64,000 bases of DNA from Octopus bimaculoides (lineage: Eukaryota). The translations under genes were made by a program, and so were the position numbers. Positions 40,101 through 53,918 of this stretch are shown here, piece by piece. The notes beneath the pieces were generated by a model. The model was not told the DNA's origin and ran no database searches. It was given only the letters and a program-made list of their open reading frames with translations. Position 1 is the stretch's first letter. Every line of letters starts with the position of its first letter. Location of the stretch: NCBI RefSeq assembly GCF_001194135.2, contig NC_068989.1, forward strand, positions 86,107,050 through 86,171,049, in the 5' to 3' direction.

Positions 40101-41587
40101 GGCATACACATGTACACACAGTGATAACCTTCCAACTTGTGTGCTAGACTTAATCCATAACTTGGTCTTTAGATGTCCTTAGCAGAGTCTACTCTGTTGT
40201 TTACATTCTGATTATATTTCAAGAGTGTATAAGCATAGGATAATTTGGTATCTTGTTGCGCTGCTTCCTTCTGTTAAAACGTGTCTGTTGTGGCTTCTTC
40301 TCCTCTTGAGCCCCCAAAAGTGTTGAGGAGACTTTTTAAAAGGATCAAGGGTGCTGCCCTTCCTTCTGCCTCTCATTAACCAAAAATGTCTAAATAAATA
40401 ATACGCTAACATAAATGGAAATACACACATACATAATATACGAACATATACATACACGACACAAATACATACATACCACATAGATGCAGATACATGAAGA
40501 CTCACACCACACAAACACACGTGTATACATATAAATGCGCACGCACAAACACACATCTACATACAGATACACATGCACAAATTAAGGCGGCGAGCTGGCG
40601 GAATCGTTAGCCTGCTGGGCGAAATGCTTAGCGGTATTTCGTCTGCCACTGCGTTCTGAGTTCAAATTCCGCCGAGGTCGACTTTGCCTTTCATCCTTCC
40701 GGGGTCGATAAATTAAGTACCAGTTATGCACTGGGGTCGATGTAATCGACTTAATCCCTTTGTCTGTCCTTGTTTGTCCCCTCTATGTTTAGCCCTTTGT
40801 GGGTAATAAAAAAATAACAAACGCACACATGCAAGCACGTACACTACACACAAATACACACCTTCCATTTTATTGTTTGTTTCATCGTATTTTCCCTCTG
40901 TAGGGTCTCCCTCCTTTGGAAGTTCGCATCATTGATTTACTGGACGAGGAAGCAAACACGGAGTACCAAGACCTTCTAGAACCAAAGATCAGTTCATCAA
41001 ATGAACGTAAATTGTTACTGGGAACATTGATAAAGAAACCTGACGTAAGTCTAAATAAATACGATTCTTCAACGCCTCTCGTGCCTCTTTCTAGAGTAAT
41101 ATTTGCTTCTCTCGGTGACTGTTTGTGTATTGTTTCCTAGATATGTCTGTTTACTTGTCTGCGTGTCTGCTGGTTACTAAGTCTGTCTGTAACTGCCTGT
41201 CTCTACTGGTCGCTGTATGTTTTTGTCACTGCTTCGTTCCCTCTTTCTCCTACCCACATTCCTGCTTTTTTGTGTCTGTAAGACTACCAAAATCTTGTGG
41301 TACTCTCTCTCTCTCTCTCTCCCGCTTTTACTGTCTCATGTCCGTCTATAAGAACTGTCTACTGCACCTACTACATCTCTGAGATGCAGTGTATCCTTAT
41401 CAGTGAATAAATCAGTTTCTAACGGCGGAAATTTCGACACCATATTATAAATAATAGATGCTTAAACGAAGTTAACACTCTTTGTGTTTCTGAATGGCTA
41501 ACTTGACATGTGTCTTTCATGCTGCAAGCATTCTAGTTTCAAGACACGGTTTCGGATCAAAACACTTGCTTGGCAAGTACACTCTAG

Positions 41588-41625
<38 letters not shown>

Positions 41626-42101
41626 TCTCTTACATTAGACACAACGACATTAATATGTATGACCGGGTGTCTATTTTACAGGACGCCATTCACACCATTA
41701 AGTCAGTGCAAACAGCATCGTTTGCTTGTAGAAATGAACTAAGGTAACAGTTGTCTCCCTTTAATGCTTTCCTGTAAAACGAGCGAAAGCAATAAACAAA
41801 AATGAACCAGGATATATTTCACGGAAACAATCCATTCAGCTATTGGCACAAAGCCTGAAATTTTGGTAGAGAGGTGACTCGTCGATCACATCGACCCCAG
41901 TGTTCGACTGGTACTAATTTTATCGAGTCTGAAATGATGAAAGGTAAAGTCAACTTCGGGCGGGGTTTGAACTCAGAACGTAACGAGTCGGAAGAAATGC
42001 CGCTGAACAATTTATACGACGTGCTAACGATTCTGTCTGCTAGATAATATACGACATACTTTTTTTTTTTCACAATATATATGTATGTATGTATGTGTGT
42101 A

Positions 42102-42134
<33 letters not shown>

Positions 42135-42206
42135 TTTTCTCTTTATGTGTGTATGAATCTGTCTCTCTTTATGTGTGTATTATACGTGTCTGTCTGCATG
42201 CCTGCC

Positions 42207-42239
<33 letters not shown>

Positions 42240-42969
42240 CAATATCTTAATGTAGATTTCCTTCATATATATTAAATATTTTACCGTTGCAGTTTTCTTC
42301 AAAACCAATTCCAAATTGGCCATACTGTATTGGTTTGACTGGTGGCATTGCAAGTGGCAAATCGTCTCTGTGCAAGCGCCTGCAGAATCTTGGTGCAGCT
42401 GTTGTGGACTGTGATAAATTAGGTATTTCTTTCTTTCTTTTTCTTGCTCAACTGTCCATCTGCATTCCTCTACATCTCTCTCTACATCCAACCTGTTCAC
42501 TCAAGAATCACCTGATGCCAGAGTTCCAACTATGTCTAGCACTCTTCCTCTTGCTCCCTCCTTCCTGTGACAATTTAGACTGGTGGTTCAGAACCTTTTT
42601 AAAATCCAGGCCAGACCCAAAACCTGGATTTTTTTAGGCCCCCCCCCCAGCCGAAAAAAAAACAACTTTTTAAATGTCAGGCATAGGCGTGGTTGTGTGG
42701 TAAGTAGCTTGCTTACCAACCACATGGCTCCTGGTTCAGTCCCACTGCGTGGCACCTTGGGCAAGTGTCTTCTACTATAGTCACAGACAGACAAAGCCTT
42801 GTGAGTGGATTTGGTAAATGGAAACTGAAAGAAGCCCATCGTATATATCTATCTATCTATCTATATNNNNNNNNNNNNNNNNNNNNNNNNNNNNNNNNNN
42901 NNNNNNNNNNNNNNNNNNNNNNNNNNNNNNNNNNNNNNNNNNNNNNNNNNNNNNNNNNNNNNNNNNNNN

Positions 42970-43003
<34 letters not shown>

Positions 43004-44398
43004 GCATTCGCTCTACACTGAATTGTGGCACAATATGGACAGATTTCGGAGTACCGATGAACTTTTATGTAAATATATCAAATTAAAGATTCTACGAGTT
43101 ATATTACAATGGACAATACCAAATGGACTCTCACCTTTCATCTCTCATGTTTCTCCCTCTTTTAATTTCTTCTTTGTGATATAATTCTTGGGAAAGAATA
43201 TATTTGCGGCTGAAGATAGCTTTATACTATCAATTATATACCAATAATGATGCAACAACTATAAAGCTTGAAACACGTGTACCGCAGAATCCTTTGTTTT
43301 ATTTTTATTTTTACGTTTTCAATTTATATATGTATAGCCATAAGTACCATAAGTACTGCAATCTCTCAGCCTTTTTTCTCTCTATCTCTTCCCTCCTCTA
43401 TCTCTTCCCCTCTGTCTCTCTTCTCCCCTTCCCCCTCTGTAGCACTCACATTATAAAACCTCTTTCTTCCTCCCTAGGTCACCAAGTGTATTGCAAAGAT
43501 ACTCCTGTCTATCATCAAATTGTGGAATATTTTGGCAAGGAAATTCTGGCTCCAAATGGAGAAATCCAGCGGTCTTCATTGGGGAAGATTGTCTTCTCAG
43601 ATAAGGTCAGTTTTATAGTGACTGATTATTTTTTCTATATAGGCACAGGTATGGCTGTGTGGTTAGGAAACCTGCTTCCCAGCCACATGGTCTTGGGTTC
43701 AGTCCCACTGCATGGTACATTTTACTCTTTTACTTGTTTCAGTCATTTGACTGCGGCCATGTTGGAGCACCACATTTAGTCGAGCAAATCGACCCCAGGA
43801 CTTACTCTTTGTAAGCCTAGTACTTATTCTATCAGTCTCTTTAGCCAAACCGCTAAGTTACGGGAATGTAAACACACCAGCATCGGTTGTCAAGCGATGT
43901 TGGAGGAACAAACACAGACACACAAACATATACACACACATACATATATATATATATATAATATTATTAGGGACAAAATCCAAAATTACAGGTAAAAAAC
44001 TCAATTAAATTGGTTATTTTCCCTAAAACTATATATATATATATATATATACACCGTTTGAGTGTAATCGTTACCAGTGTCGTCTTCTAGCACTTGTGCT
44101 GGTGGCACGTTAGAAAATCATTTGAGCGAGGCTGTTGCCAGTGCCGCTGGACTGGCTCCTGTGCAGGTGGCATGTAAAAAACACTTTATGACCGAGGCCG
44201 TTGCCAGTACCATGTGACTGGCTCTTGTGCTGGTTGCACGTAAAAGCACCCACTACACTCTCGGAGTGGTTGGCGTTAGGAAGGGCATCCAGGTGTAGAA
44301 ACTTTGCCGGATCAGATTGGAGCCTGGTGCAGCTGCTGGCTCTCCAGTCCTCAGTCATACCGTCCAACCCATGCTGGCTTGGAAAACGGACATTAAAC

Positions 44399-44429
<31 letters not shown>

Positions 44430-46320
44430 TATTTGTTCATATATATATTTATTTATTCATGTATATCCATCTAACAGAATAAACTGCACCAACTTAACAA
44501 TATGGTTTGGCCTGCCATAGGAGTTGCTGTCAAAGAGGAAATTACCAAATTTGCCAAAGGTTGGTGACACGTACTTTTCTTTCCTGTCTTTCTGTTTATT
44601 TTCCTTTATAATTTGTAATTGTCACAACTTTATTTTCATTTATTTTGAAGGAGTTGGCTCTGTGTTTTATGCTAGAAGTCTATGTGTTTGTGACTTTGTG
44701 TTTATGTTAGAAATCTATGCATTCAGGTTACTTTCCTGGGCCAATGCCAGACATCCTGATCAAGTAATTTGGCGTGAATATCTGACCTGGGTATTAGTCA
44801 CATCAGTCTTTCACTTGCTGAAATATGTCATCTGTGCATGCCACGACTACAGATGATTGCAGTGGCTCTCTAACTGAACTGGTTGAGTCTTTGAATTTTC
44901 TTCCTGCTGAATTGATGGCAGTGAACTTATCTGTAATTGGAAAATAGTTATATCCCCCCAGTACTTGATTGGTACTTTATTTTATCATCCTTGAAAGATA
45001 AAAGGTGAAGTTGACCTTGGCAGATTTAAATACAGAATATATAGGTACAAGAGGGGCTGTATGGTAAGAAGCTTGCTTCCCAACCACATGGTTCTGGGTT
45101 CAGTCCCACTGTATGGCAACTTGGGAAAGTGTCTTCTTCTATAGCTTAGGACTGACCAAAGCATTGTGAGTGGATTTGGTTGACGGAAACTGAAAGAAGC
45201 CTGTCGTATGTATNNNNNNNNNNNNNNNNNNNNNNNNNNNNNNNNNNNNNNNNNNNNNNNNNNNNNNNNNNNNNNNNNNNNNNNNNNNNNNNNNNNNNNN
45301 NNNNNNNNNNNNNNNNNNNNNNNNNNNNNNNNNNNNNNNNNNNNNNNNNNNNNNNNNNNNNNNNNNNNNNNNNNNNNNNNNNNNNNNNNNNNNNNNNNNN
45401 NNNNNNNNNNNNNNNNNNNNNNNNNNNNNNNNNNNNNNNNNNNNNNNNNNNNNNNNNTAAAAATCATTAATGATTTTAACAGGGGGCCAGCGGGGAAATA
45501 AAAACCTTATAGGTAAATTTTACAAATATTTTTTTCTAGTGCATGGAGACACTTATAGCCAATCCCTTGTTATAATTATGTATATAATTATTAAAATGTA
45601 TGTATGTATGTTTGTATTTGTATGTCTGTGTTTCTCCCCCCCCCCACCTTTGCTTGACAACCGATGTTGGTGTGTTTACATTCCCATAACATACCGGTTT
45701 CGCAAAAGAGACCAATACAAGTACTAGGCTCACAAAGAACAAGTCTTGGGGTTGATTTGTTTGACTAAAGGTGGTGCTCCAGCATGACCGCAGTCAAATG
45801 ACTGAGACAAGTAAAAGGAAAAAATAAAGCAGAAGAAATACCACTAAGCACATTGTTCGGTGCAATCGTCATCATTATCGTTTAACATCCGTTTTCCATG
45901 CTGGCATGGGTTGGATGGTTCGGCAGGAGCTGTCCAGTTAGGGAGCTGTCCAGCTAGGGAGCTGTCCAGATTCCAGTTGTTTGTTTGTTATGGTTTCTAT
46001 GGCTGGATGCTCTTCCTAACACCAACCACTTTACACTGTACTGGGTGCATGTTACGTGCCACCAGCATGGGCACATTTATGCAGCAGTGGCACGAGTGCA
46101 TTTTACGTGGCACTGGCACCTGTAAAGGACAAGCCTGTATGTATGGATGACAGCAGCATTTCATCCTTCTTTACGTTCTGAGTTCAATCTCTGCCAAGGT
46201 TGACTCTTTTTTCCATCCTTTTGGGATCAATAAAATAAGTACCAGTTATGTACTTGGGTCGATGTAATTGACTAGCGCCTCCCCCCAAATTTCAGGTCTT
46301 GTGCCTATAGTAGAAAAGAC

Positions 46321-46374
<54 letters not shown>

Positions 46375-47762
46375 TGTTATTATTACAATATGCTTGCATA
46401 GATAGATACATTTTAACATTGTCATTTTTGTTACAGAAGGTAAAGATATTGTTGTCATTGAAGCTGCTGTCTTATTGGAAGCTAAGTGGACCCACATGGT
46501 GCATGAAACTTGGGTGGCCATTATTCCAAAAAATGAGGTTCGTGTCACTCTATTACTTTTCTATCTACTGTATTTTAACATGTATAAGGAACCCCCTAAT
46601 TTTTGGGGCTTAAAATTTGGAAAAATGGTTTTGTAAGGGATTATAAAACTATCCATGTTTTCAAACATGGGATTATAAAACTCCCATTTTTTCAAACATG
46701 ATTTTTGACAAAAAAGGGGTCCTTATACATGGGTTCCTACCCTCACATTTATTAGTCAGAATTAAGCATACAAACTTGAGGCATGGCTATTTGCTATGAA
46801 GTTTGCTTCCTAACCACATGGTTCTGGGTTCAGTCTCACTGTGTGGCACCTTGCGTAAGTATCACTGCTTGACAATGGGTGTTGGTTTATTTACATCCCA
46901 TAACTTAGTCTGACAAAAGAGACCAATAGAAGTATTAGACTTATAATATTGGGGTTGATTTCTTCAACTAAATCTTTCAAGGTGATGCTCCAGCATGGCC
47001 ACAGTCCAATGACAGAAATGTGTGTTATACATCATCATCCTGGTACTTGTGCCGGTGGCACGTGAAAAGTCATTCGAGCGAGATCGTTGCCAGTGCCACT
47101 GGACTGGCTCCTGTGCAGGTGGCACGTAAAATACACCATTTTGAGCATGGCTGTTGCCAGTACTGCCTGACTGGCCTTCGTGCCGGTGGCACGTACAAAC
47201 ACCCACTACACTCTCTGAGTGGTTGGCGTTAGGAAGGGCATCCAGCTGTAGAAACTCTGCCAAATCAGATTGGAGCCTGGTGTAGCCATCTGGTTCACCA
47301 GTCCTCAGTCAAATCGCCCAACCCATGCTAGCATGGAAGGCGGATGTTAAACGATGATGATGATGATGGTGATACATATGTATGTATATATATGTATGTA
47401 TGTATGTATATGTATGTATATATGTATGTATGTATATATGTATGTATATATGTATATATGTATGTATGTATATATGTATGTATGTATGTATATATATATA
47501 TGTTAAATTCAAATTACGACAAATGTAAATAAACAAACGAAGTTTGCTTTTAGAAGCATTGAGATGTCTTTTAGAAAGTTGAGATGTCTTTTAGAAGCCA
47601 CAGCTAGCCACCTACACTTTTCTCTGCAAAATAGGGATAGTTTATCCTGTTCAGGCTATATTATTAACATTATTCTGTGATTGAGAATATATGTATGTAT
47701 ATATGTATGTATATATATGTGTATGTATATATATGTGTATGTATATATATGTTATATGTATA

Positions 47763-47810
<48 letters not shown>

Positions 47811-50800
47811 ACATGATTACATGACTAATCAGACTATCAGATGTTGTTCCACAATGTCTAATCACAATGCACTTTGCATTGTTTTATCCTTCGAATGCAC
47901 CACCTCTGTTCACAGTGCACTTCATATCATTTTAATCTTCAAATGACGCCACCCCACCTGCCAGGTGAGCAGGTCAACATTCCCCACTGATTGAAAGGAG
48001 GACAAGAGCAACGTGGAATGAAGTGTTTTGCACAAGAACACAACATGCTGCCTGGTTTGGGAATTAAACCCACAACCTAATGATTGTGAGTGCAGTAGCT
48101 TAACCACAAGGCCATGACCCTTCACTGTGTGTATGTGTGTATATAGTCCAAATATTTGGAAGTATGCTGAGAGATTGTCTTAGGCTGTTTGCCTTCGGAC
48201 AGTTGATTTCTGTAGTTATTATCAGTGTATTTTGGCGATTTAGATAAGAGTTTGACTGTTATTTCCAGCAGGTAGACAGACTTACATTATCCTTTGATTA
48301 ATTTTGATCCTTCAGCTATTTAAGGTTTTTTTTTTTTTTGGACCTACAATCGCCTATATTATTGATTCTGTTATTATCATTTTTAAATTGTTACACTAGA
48401 TAATAATAGAGTCAATGATATCTTCGCAAATTATTTTCCTGTGAATTATTTTTTCTCGTGAATTATTTGCCCCTTATTGAAATATATATATCATCATCGT
48501 CGTTTAACGTCTGCTTTTCCATGCTGGCATGGGTTTGACGGTTTGACTGAGGACTGACAAGCCAGAAGACTGCACCAGGCTCCAATCTGATATATATATA
48601 TATGAGTGTGTTCATTGCCAGAGCAGCTGTCTGGCTTCCATGCTAGTGGCCTCTAAATAACACCATTTGAGCATAATCGTTACCAGCGTCGCCTTCTAGC
48701 ACTTGTGCTGGTGGCATGTTAGAAAATCATTCAAGTGAGGTCGTTGCCAGTGCCGCTGGACTGGCTCCCGTGCAGGTGGCACATAAAAAACACCTTTTTG
48801 AGCGTGGCCGTTGCCAGTACCATGTGACTGGCCCTCGTGCCAGTGGCACGTAAAAGCACCCACTACACTCTCGNNNNNNNNNNTTGCCAGTACCATGTGA
48901 CTGGCCCTCGTGCCAGTGGCACGTAAAAGCACCCACTACACTCTCGGAGTGGTTGGCGTTAGGAAGGGCATCCAACTGTAGAAACTCTGCCACATCAGAT
49001 TGGAGCCTGGTGCAGCCTTTTGGCTTGTCAGTCCTCAGTCAAATCGTCCAACCCATGCTAGCATGGAAAGCAGACATTAAACAATGATGATGATAATCAC
49101 CATCATTTAACATCTGTTGTCCATGCTGGCATGGGTTGGATGGTGTGACCAGAGCTGGTAAGCTGAGGGCCTGCACCAGACTCCAGTCTGATTTGGCATG
49201 GTTTCTATGGCTGGATGCTCTTCCAAACACCAACCACTCTAAAGAGTGTAATGGGTGCTTTTATGTGCCACCAGCATGGGTGCCAGTTGTGTGACACCAG
49301 TTTCTGCTACGATTATGATTTCACTTGGCTTGATGGGTCTTTTTCTCAAGCACAGCATATTGCCAAAGGTTGCAGTCATTTATCATTGCCTCCATGAGGC
49401 CCAACGCTTTAAAGGTTCTTTTTATGTGCCACCAGCATAGGTGCTAGTTACATACCTGCAGCATGGGTGCTAGTTATGCGACACCAGCATTGGCCACATT
49501 GCCTCTGTGAGACCCAACACTTGAAAGGTGCTTGAGAGAAATTGATTTTTTTTTTTCCTAATATTTTACTGAAACCATTGTTGTTTGTTATCTTCAGGCT
49601 GTGAAACGGATCATGGAAAGAAACAACTTGAGTAAGGAAGATGCGGAGGCAAGGATCGACAGTCAGTTATCGAATAAAGAAAGAGTCGAAGCAGCCAACG
49701 TGGTTCTATGTACACAGTGGGATTATGAAATAACACAGCAACAGGTGAGTAGAGGGATTGATTTTTGTTTTAACCCTTTAGCATTTAAATGGGCCTTAAT
49801 CTGGCCCAGATATTCTACCTGGTTTATGTTCAAACTGGTCAGATCCAGCTTTTCACACTGGCCAGATCCAGTTTTTCACACTGGCCAGATCCAGCTTTTC
49901 ACACTGGCCAGATCCAGCTTTTCACACTGGCCAGATCCAGCTTTTCACGCTGGCCAGATCCAGCTTTTCACGCTGGCCAGATCCAGCTTTTCACGCTGGC
50001 CAGATCCAGCTTTTCACACTGGCCAGATCCAGCTTTTCACGCTGGCCAGATCCAGCTTTTCACACTGGCCAGATCCAGCTTTTCATATTTACTCTACAAC
50101 ATTGTTCTAAAAATAAACAAACACATCATCAAAATCTCAACACTGTGAAATATATTTTATCTTGTCGTTAGACTGTGGCCATGCTGGGGCACCACCTTGA
50201 AGAATTTNNNNNNNNNNNNNNNNNNNNNNNNNNNNNNNNNNNNNNNNNNNNNNNNNNNNNNNNNNNNNNNNNNNNNNNNNNNNNNNNNNNNNNNNNNNNN
50301 NNNNNNNNNNNNNNNNNNNNNNNNNNNNNNNNNNNNNNNNNNNNNNNNNNNNNNNNNNNNNNNNNNNNNNNNNNNNNNNNNNNNNNNNNNNNNNNNNNNN
50401 NNNNNNNNNNNNNNNNNNNNNNNNNNNNNNNNNNNNNNNNNNNNNNNNNNNNNNNNNNNNNNNNNNNNNNNNNNNNNNNNNNNNNNNNNNNNNNNNNNNN
50501 NNNNNNNNNNNNNNNNNNNNNNNNNNNNNNNNNNNNNNNNNNNNNNNNNNNNNNNNNNNNNNNNNNNNNNNNNNNNNNNNNNNNNNNNNNNNNNNNNNNN
50601 NNNNNNNNNNNNNNNNNNNNNGTGTGTGTGTGTGTGTGTGCGTGTGTGTTTGTAAAATGAAACGAGTACGTCTTACCTATTTATTCGAAATTTTACTTTT
50701 GGTGAAATGTTTACAAATTAACTGGAAGGATGGAATGTTCTGGTGGGGTTAGCAACAGGATGGTAGGTTGATGTTGGGAGTTGCTGATGGAAAGGGGTCC

Positions 50801-51954
50801 ATGAATTCATTCGCTAGTGTTGTCTTGTATCCGTTACTGAAACATTTAGTTCACCACAGTCCAGTCCACCAAGCTGTAAGTAGATACCACAGTGCGGTAG
50901 TGATCATTCGGTGCCACTTTTGCATGTGATCTACCTGACCATTTGCACTTTAGCGTGCAGTCTGACCCTAATCCTAACTCTAACTCTAGCCTTAATCCTA
51001 AACCCTAACCCTAAACCTTCACCCTAACTGTAAACTTAATCCTGATCCTTACCACATCATTTCATAGCATAGACTATGGTGACTACAATAGACTGATTGC
51101 CCAAGTAACACCGGTCACTCTATTATGTCTATGACTAAGATATTTAGCTTCCAACACTTCAGCCTGCTCGGAATTCTACAGCCTTTGATCACTGGTTACT
51201 TTGTGTTAAGATTGTTTTGTGGCTAAACAACATGGCCATAGTTTGGTATATTTACATAGTTCTGTCCTTATCTTGCTGATAAGAATATTAATCAATTAAT
51301 AAGTTAACTTTATTTTACTCTTAACCACATAATATCTGAATATACTTTGGACAGTTTAATGTTCTGAATATTATACATATCTTCACCTACATAACTGTAG
51401 AAAAACAATAGAAGTCTGTAGTTGTTAGTATGTGTATGTGTGTGTTTCATATAGTTTCTATTATGCGTGTGTGTGTGTTTCATAAAGTTTCTATTATGCA
51501 TATTTGAAAAAGCCAGTGACTTTTGTGACAGTTATTTTCCACACTAATTATTAGCTGTTGATAAACTAGTTGTAAACATGTAATCATTAAAGTGGAAAAT
51601 AATTATCTGAAAAGTCATTCTTATTCATGTTTTTCAAGTATGCATTACTGTGTCAAGGATTTTCTATTTCTGCTATGTATTTCTACTTAATTAAAATTAT
51701 TGTTATTTACTCTGTGAGAATTATAACTTAACAATTTGATATTCATGTCTTAAATTGGTGAAATACTCTTTCTAATTATTAATCAAAGTATAACCAATTA
51801 TTCTTTGCTTAATCAAAAGGGGTAACCTTAACATAGTTATTTGAACACTTTGCTAGCCAGGGTCCTGCATGAAGTGCTGCTGAGGAAGATCACTTGGACT
51901 TTACCTCTCCCTTCAACTAAAAAGAAATAAGTTATGTATGTGTGTGTATGTATG

Positions 51955-52004
<50 letters not shown>

Positions 52005-52772
52005 CATAGGAGTGGCTGTGTGGTAAGTAGCTTGCTTACCAACCACATGGTTCTAGGTTCAGTCCCACTGCGTGGCACCTTGGGCAAGTGTCTTCTACTA
52101 CAGCCTCGGGCCGACCAAAGCCATGTGAGTGGATTTGGTATATGGAAACTGAAAGAAGCTCGTCGTATATATGTATATATATATGTGTGTGTATATGTTT
52201 GTGTGTCTGTGTTTGTCTCCCCAACATCGTGTGACAACCGATGCTGGTGTGTTTACGTCCCTGTAACTTAGCAGTTTAGCAAAAGAGACCGATAAAATAA
52301 GTACTAGGCTTACAAAGAATAAGTCTAGGGGTTGATTTGCTCAACTAAAGGCGGTGCTCCAGCATGGCCACAGTCAAATGACGCATACACACACACACAT
52401 ACATACACACACGTTCACACATTATTTTTTGATTCTCTCTCTATTCATTTCCTCTTATTTCTTTCTGTCAAAGAGCGTAGTCTCGAAACGTAAAAGACTT
52501 TTCCATTTATCCTTTTGTTTTTCTATAAATTTCAACTATATATACTGGGTGGGCCAAAAGTCACCCGACAGTAAATCAAAATTCCATGAATATTATCTGT
52601 AATAATGTATTGACTCGAATGGTAAAATGTGTCACTCAAGAAGGACTTCAGTTTGAACAATTTTCATAATACTTCATATTTCGATGATTTTATTAATTTA
52701 ATTCAGTTGTTAAACAAATTAATCTTGGAATTAAATAGTCTTGATTTACTGTCAGGTGACTTTTGGCCAACC

Positions 52773-52808
<36 letters not shown>

Positions 52809-53246
52809 AGGTGTAAATAAGCAGATGAAAAATAAAAGTTAAATCCAAGGGGTGAGTAAAATAAGTTTGTGAGGAGAATAAATGAAAAAATAAGGAAAAT
52901 AAAGACTATTGAATGTGAAGGTGAGAGATAAATTGAAAAATTACGAAAAGGACGGAAGGGAGATAATTTCATTGCAAGGGAGATAATAACATACAGTGGA
53001 ACTAGTAAGATTTTCAATGAAAATTTGTACAATGTCAGATTGTATCTTTATTAGAAGCCAGAGATAACATTTACGACGGCAGGGTACTTTTTTTTAAAGG
53101 CTCAAAACTTTTCTTGAAACATTTGAACTAAGAATTTTTCTTTATTGCCTATGAACTTATACCACACTCACATATGAAAATCTTGCTACCATACCTACTA
53201 TTTAAAATGCAGGTATATACGCAATGATAGCACGACTTTTGGGCCA

Positions 53247-53289
<43 letters not shown>

Positions 53290-53725
53290 GAGAGGAAGAT
53301 TTGAGATGCAAACAGGAAAAATAGAACTCAAAGCATGAGTATATATATTTTAGTATTAATATTTAGCAGAAGCAACAGAGAGACTCGACGGCCAAGCATT
53401 ATCAAAATACTAACACACGAAACTGTTGACCCTTGAGTGATTCTGTTGCTTCTGCTAAATATTAATAAATATATATATCAAGGTGTGCTCCAGCATGATC
53501 ACAGTCATGTGACTGAAACAAGCAAAACATTAAAAAACTATGCCATTGTATTCCTGAGCAACGCCGGCTATCTCTGCTAGTATATATGTATATATGTGTG
53601 TGTGTGTGTGTGTAAATATATAATAAGTATATGTATATATATGTTTGTGTGTGTGTGTGTGCGTGTGTTTGTATCTATATTCTATCCATGCATTCATGGA
53701 AGACCAGATGTTAAACGATGATATG

Positions 53726-53795
<70 letters not shown>

Positions 53796-53884
53796 CACAC
53801 ACACATAAACACATCTGAAANNNNNNNNNNCCAAAATGTTTGATCTAATCTAATTCTCATGGCAAGTTCCCTGTACCCCTTTCA

Positions 53885-53918
<34 letters not shown>

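Noticed and set aside
49835-50085. CRISPR-like array
   Set aside because: Units are contiguous with no unique spacers, the context is eukaryotic, and there are no cas genes.
49601-50148. Repetitive proteins ([23 protein letters not shown])n
   Set aside because: Translation of an intronic 23-bp minisatellite beyond the real donor at 49745.
50700-50900. Antisense exon in the last COASY intron (minus donor tag|gtaaga)
   Set aside because: The ATG-initiated frames I checked close before the donor, and there is no further support.
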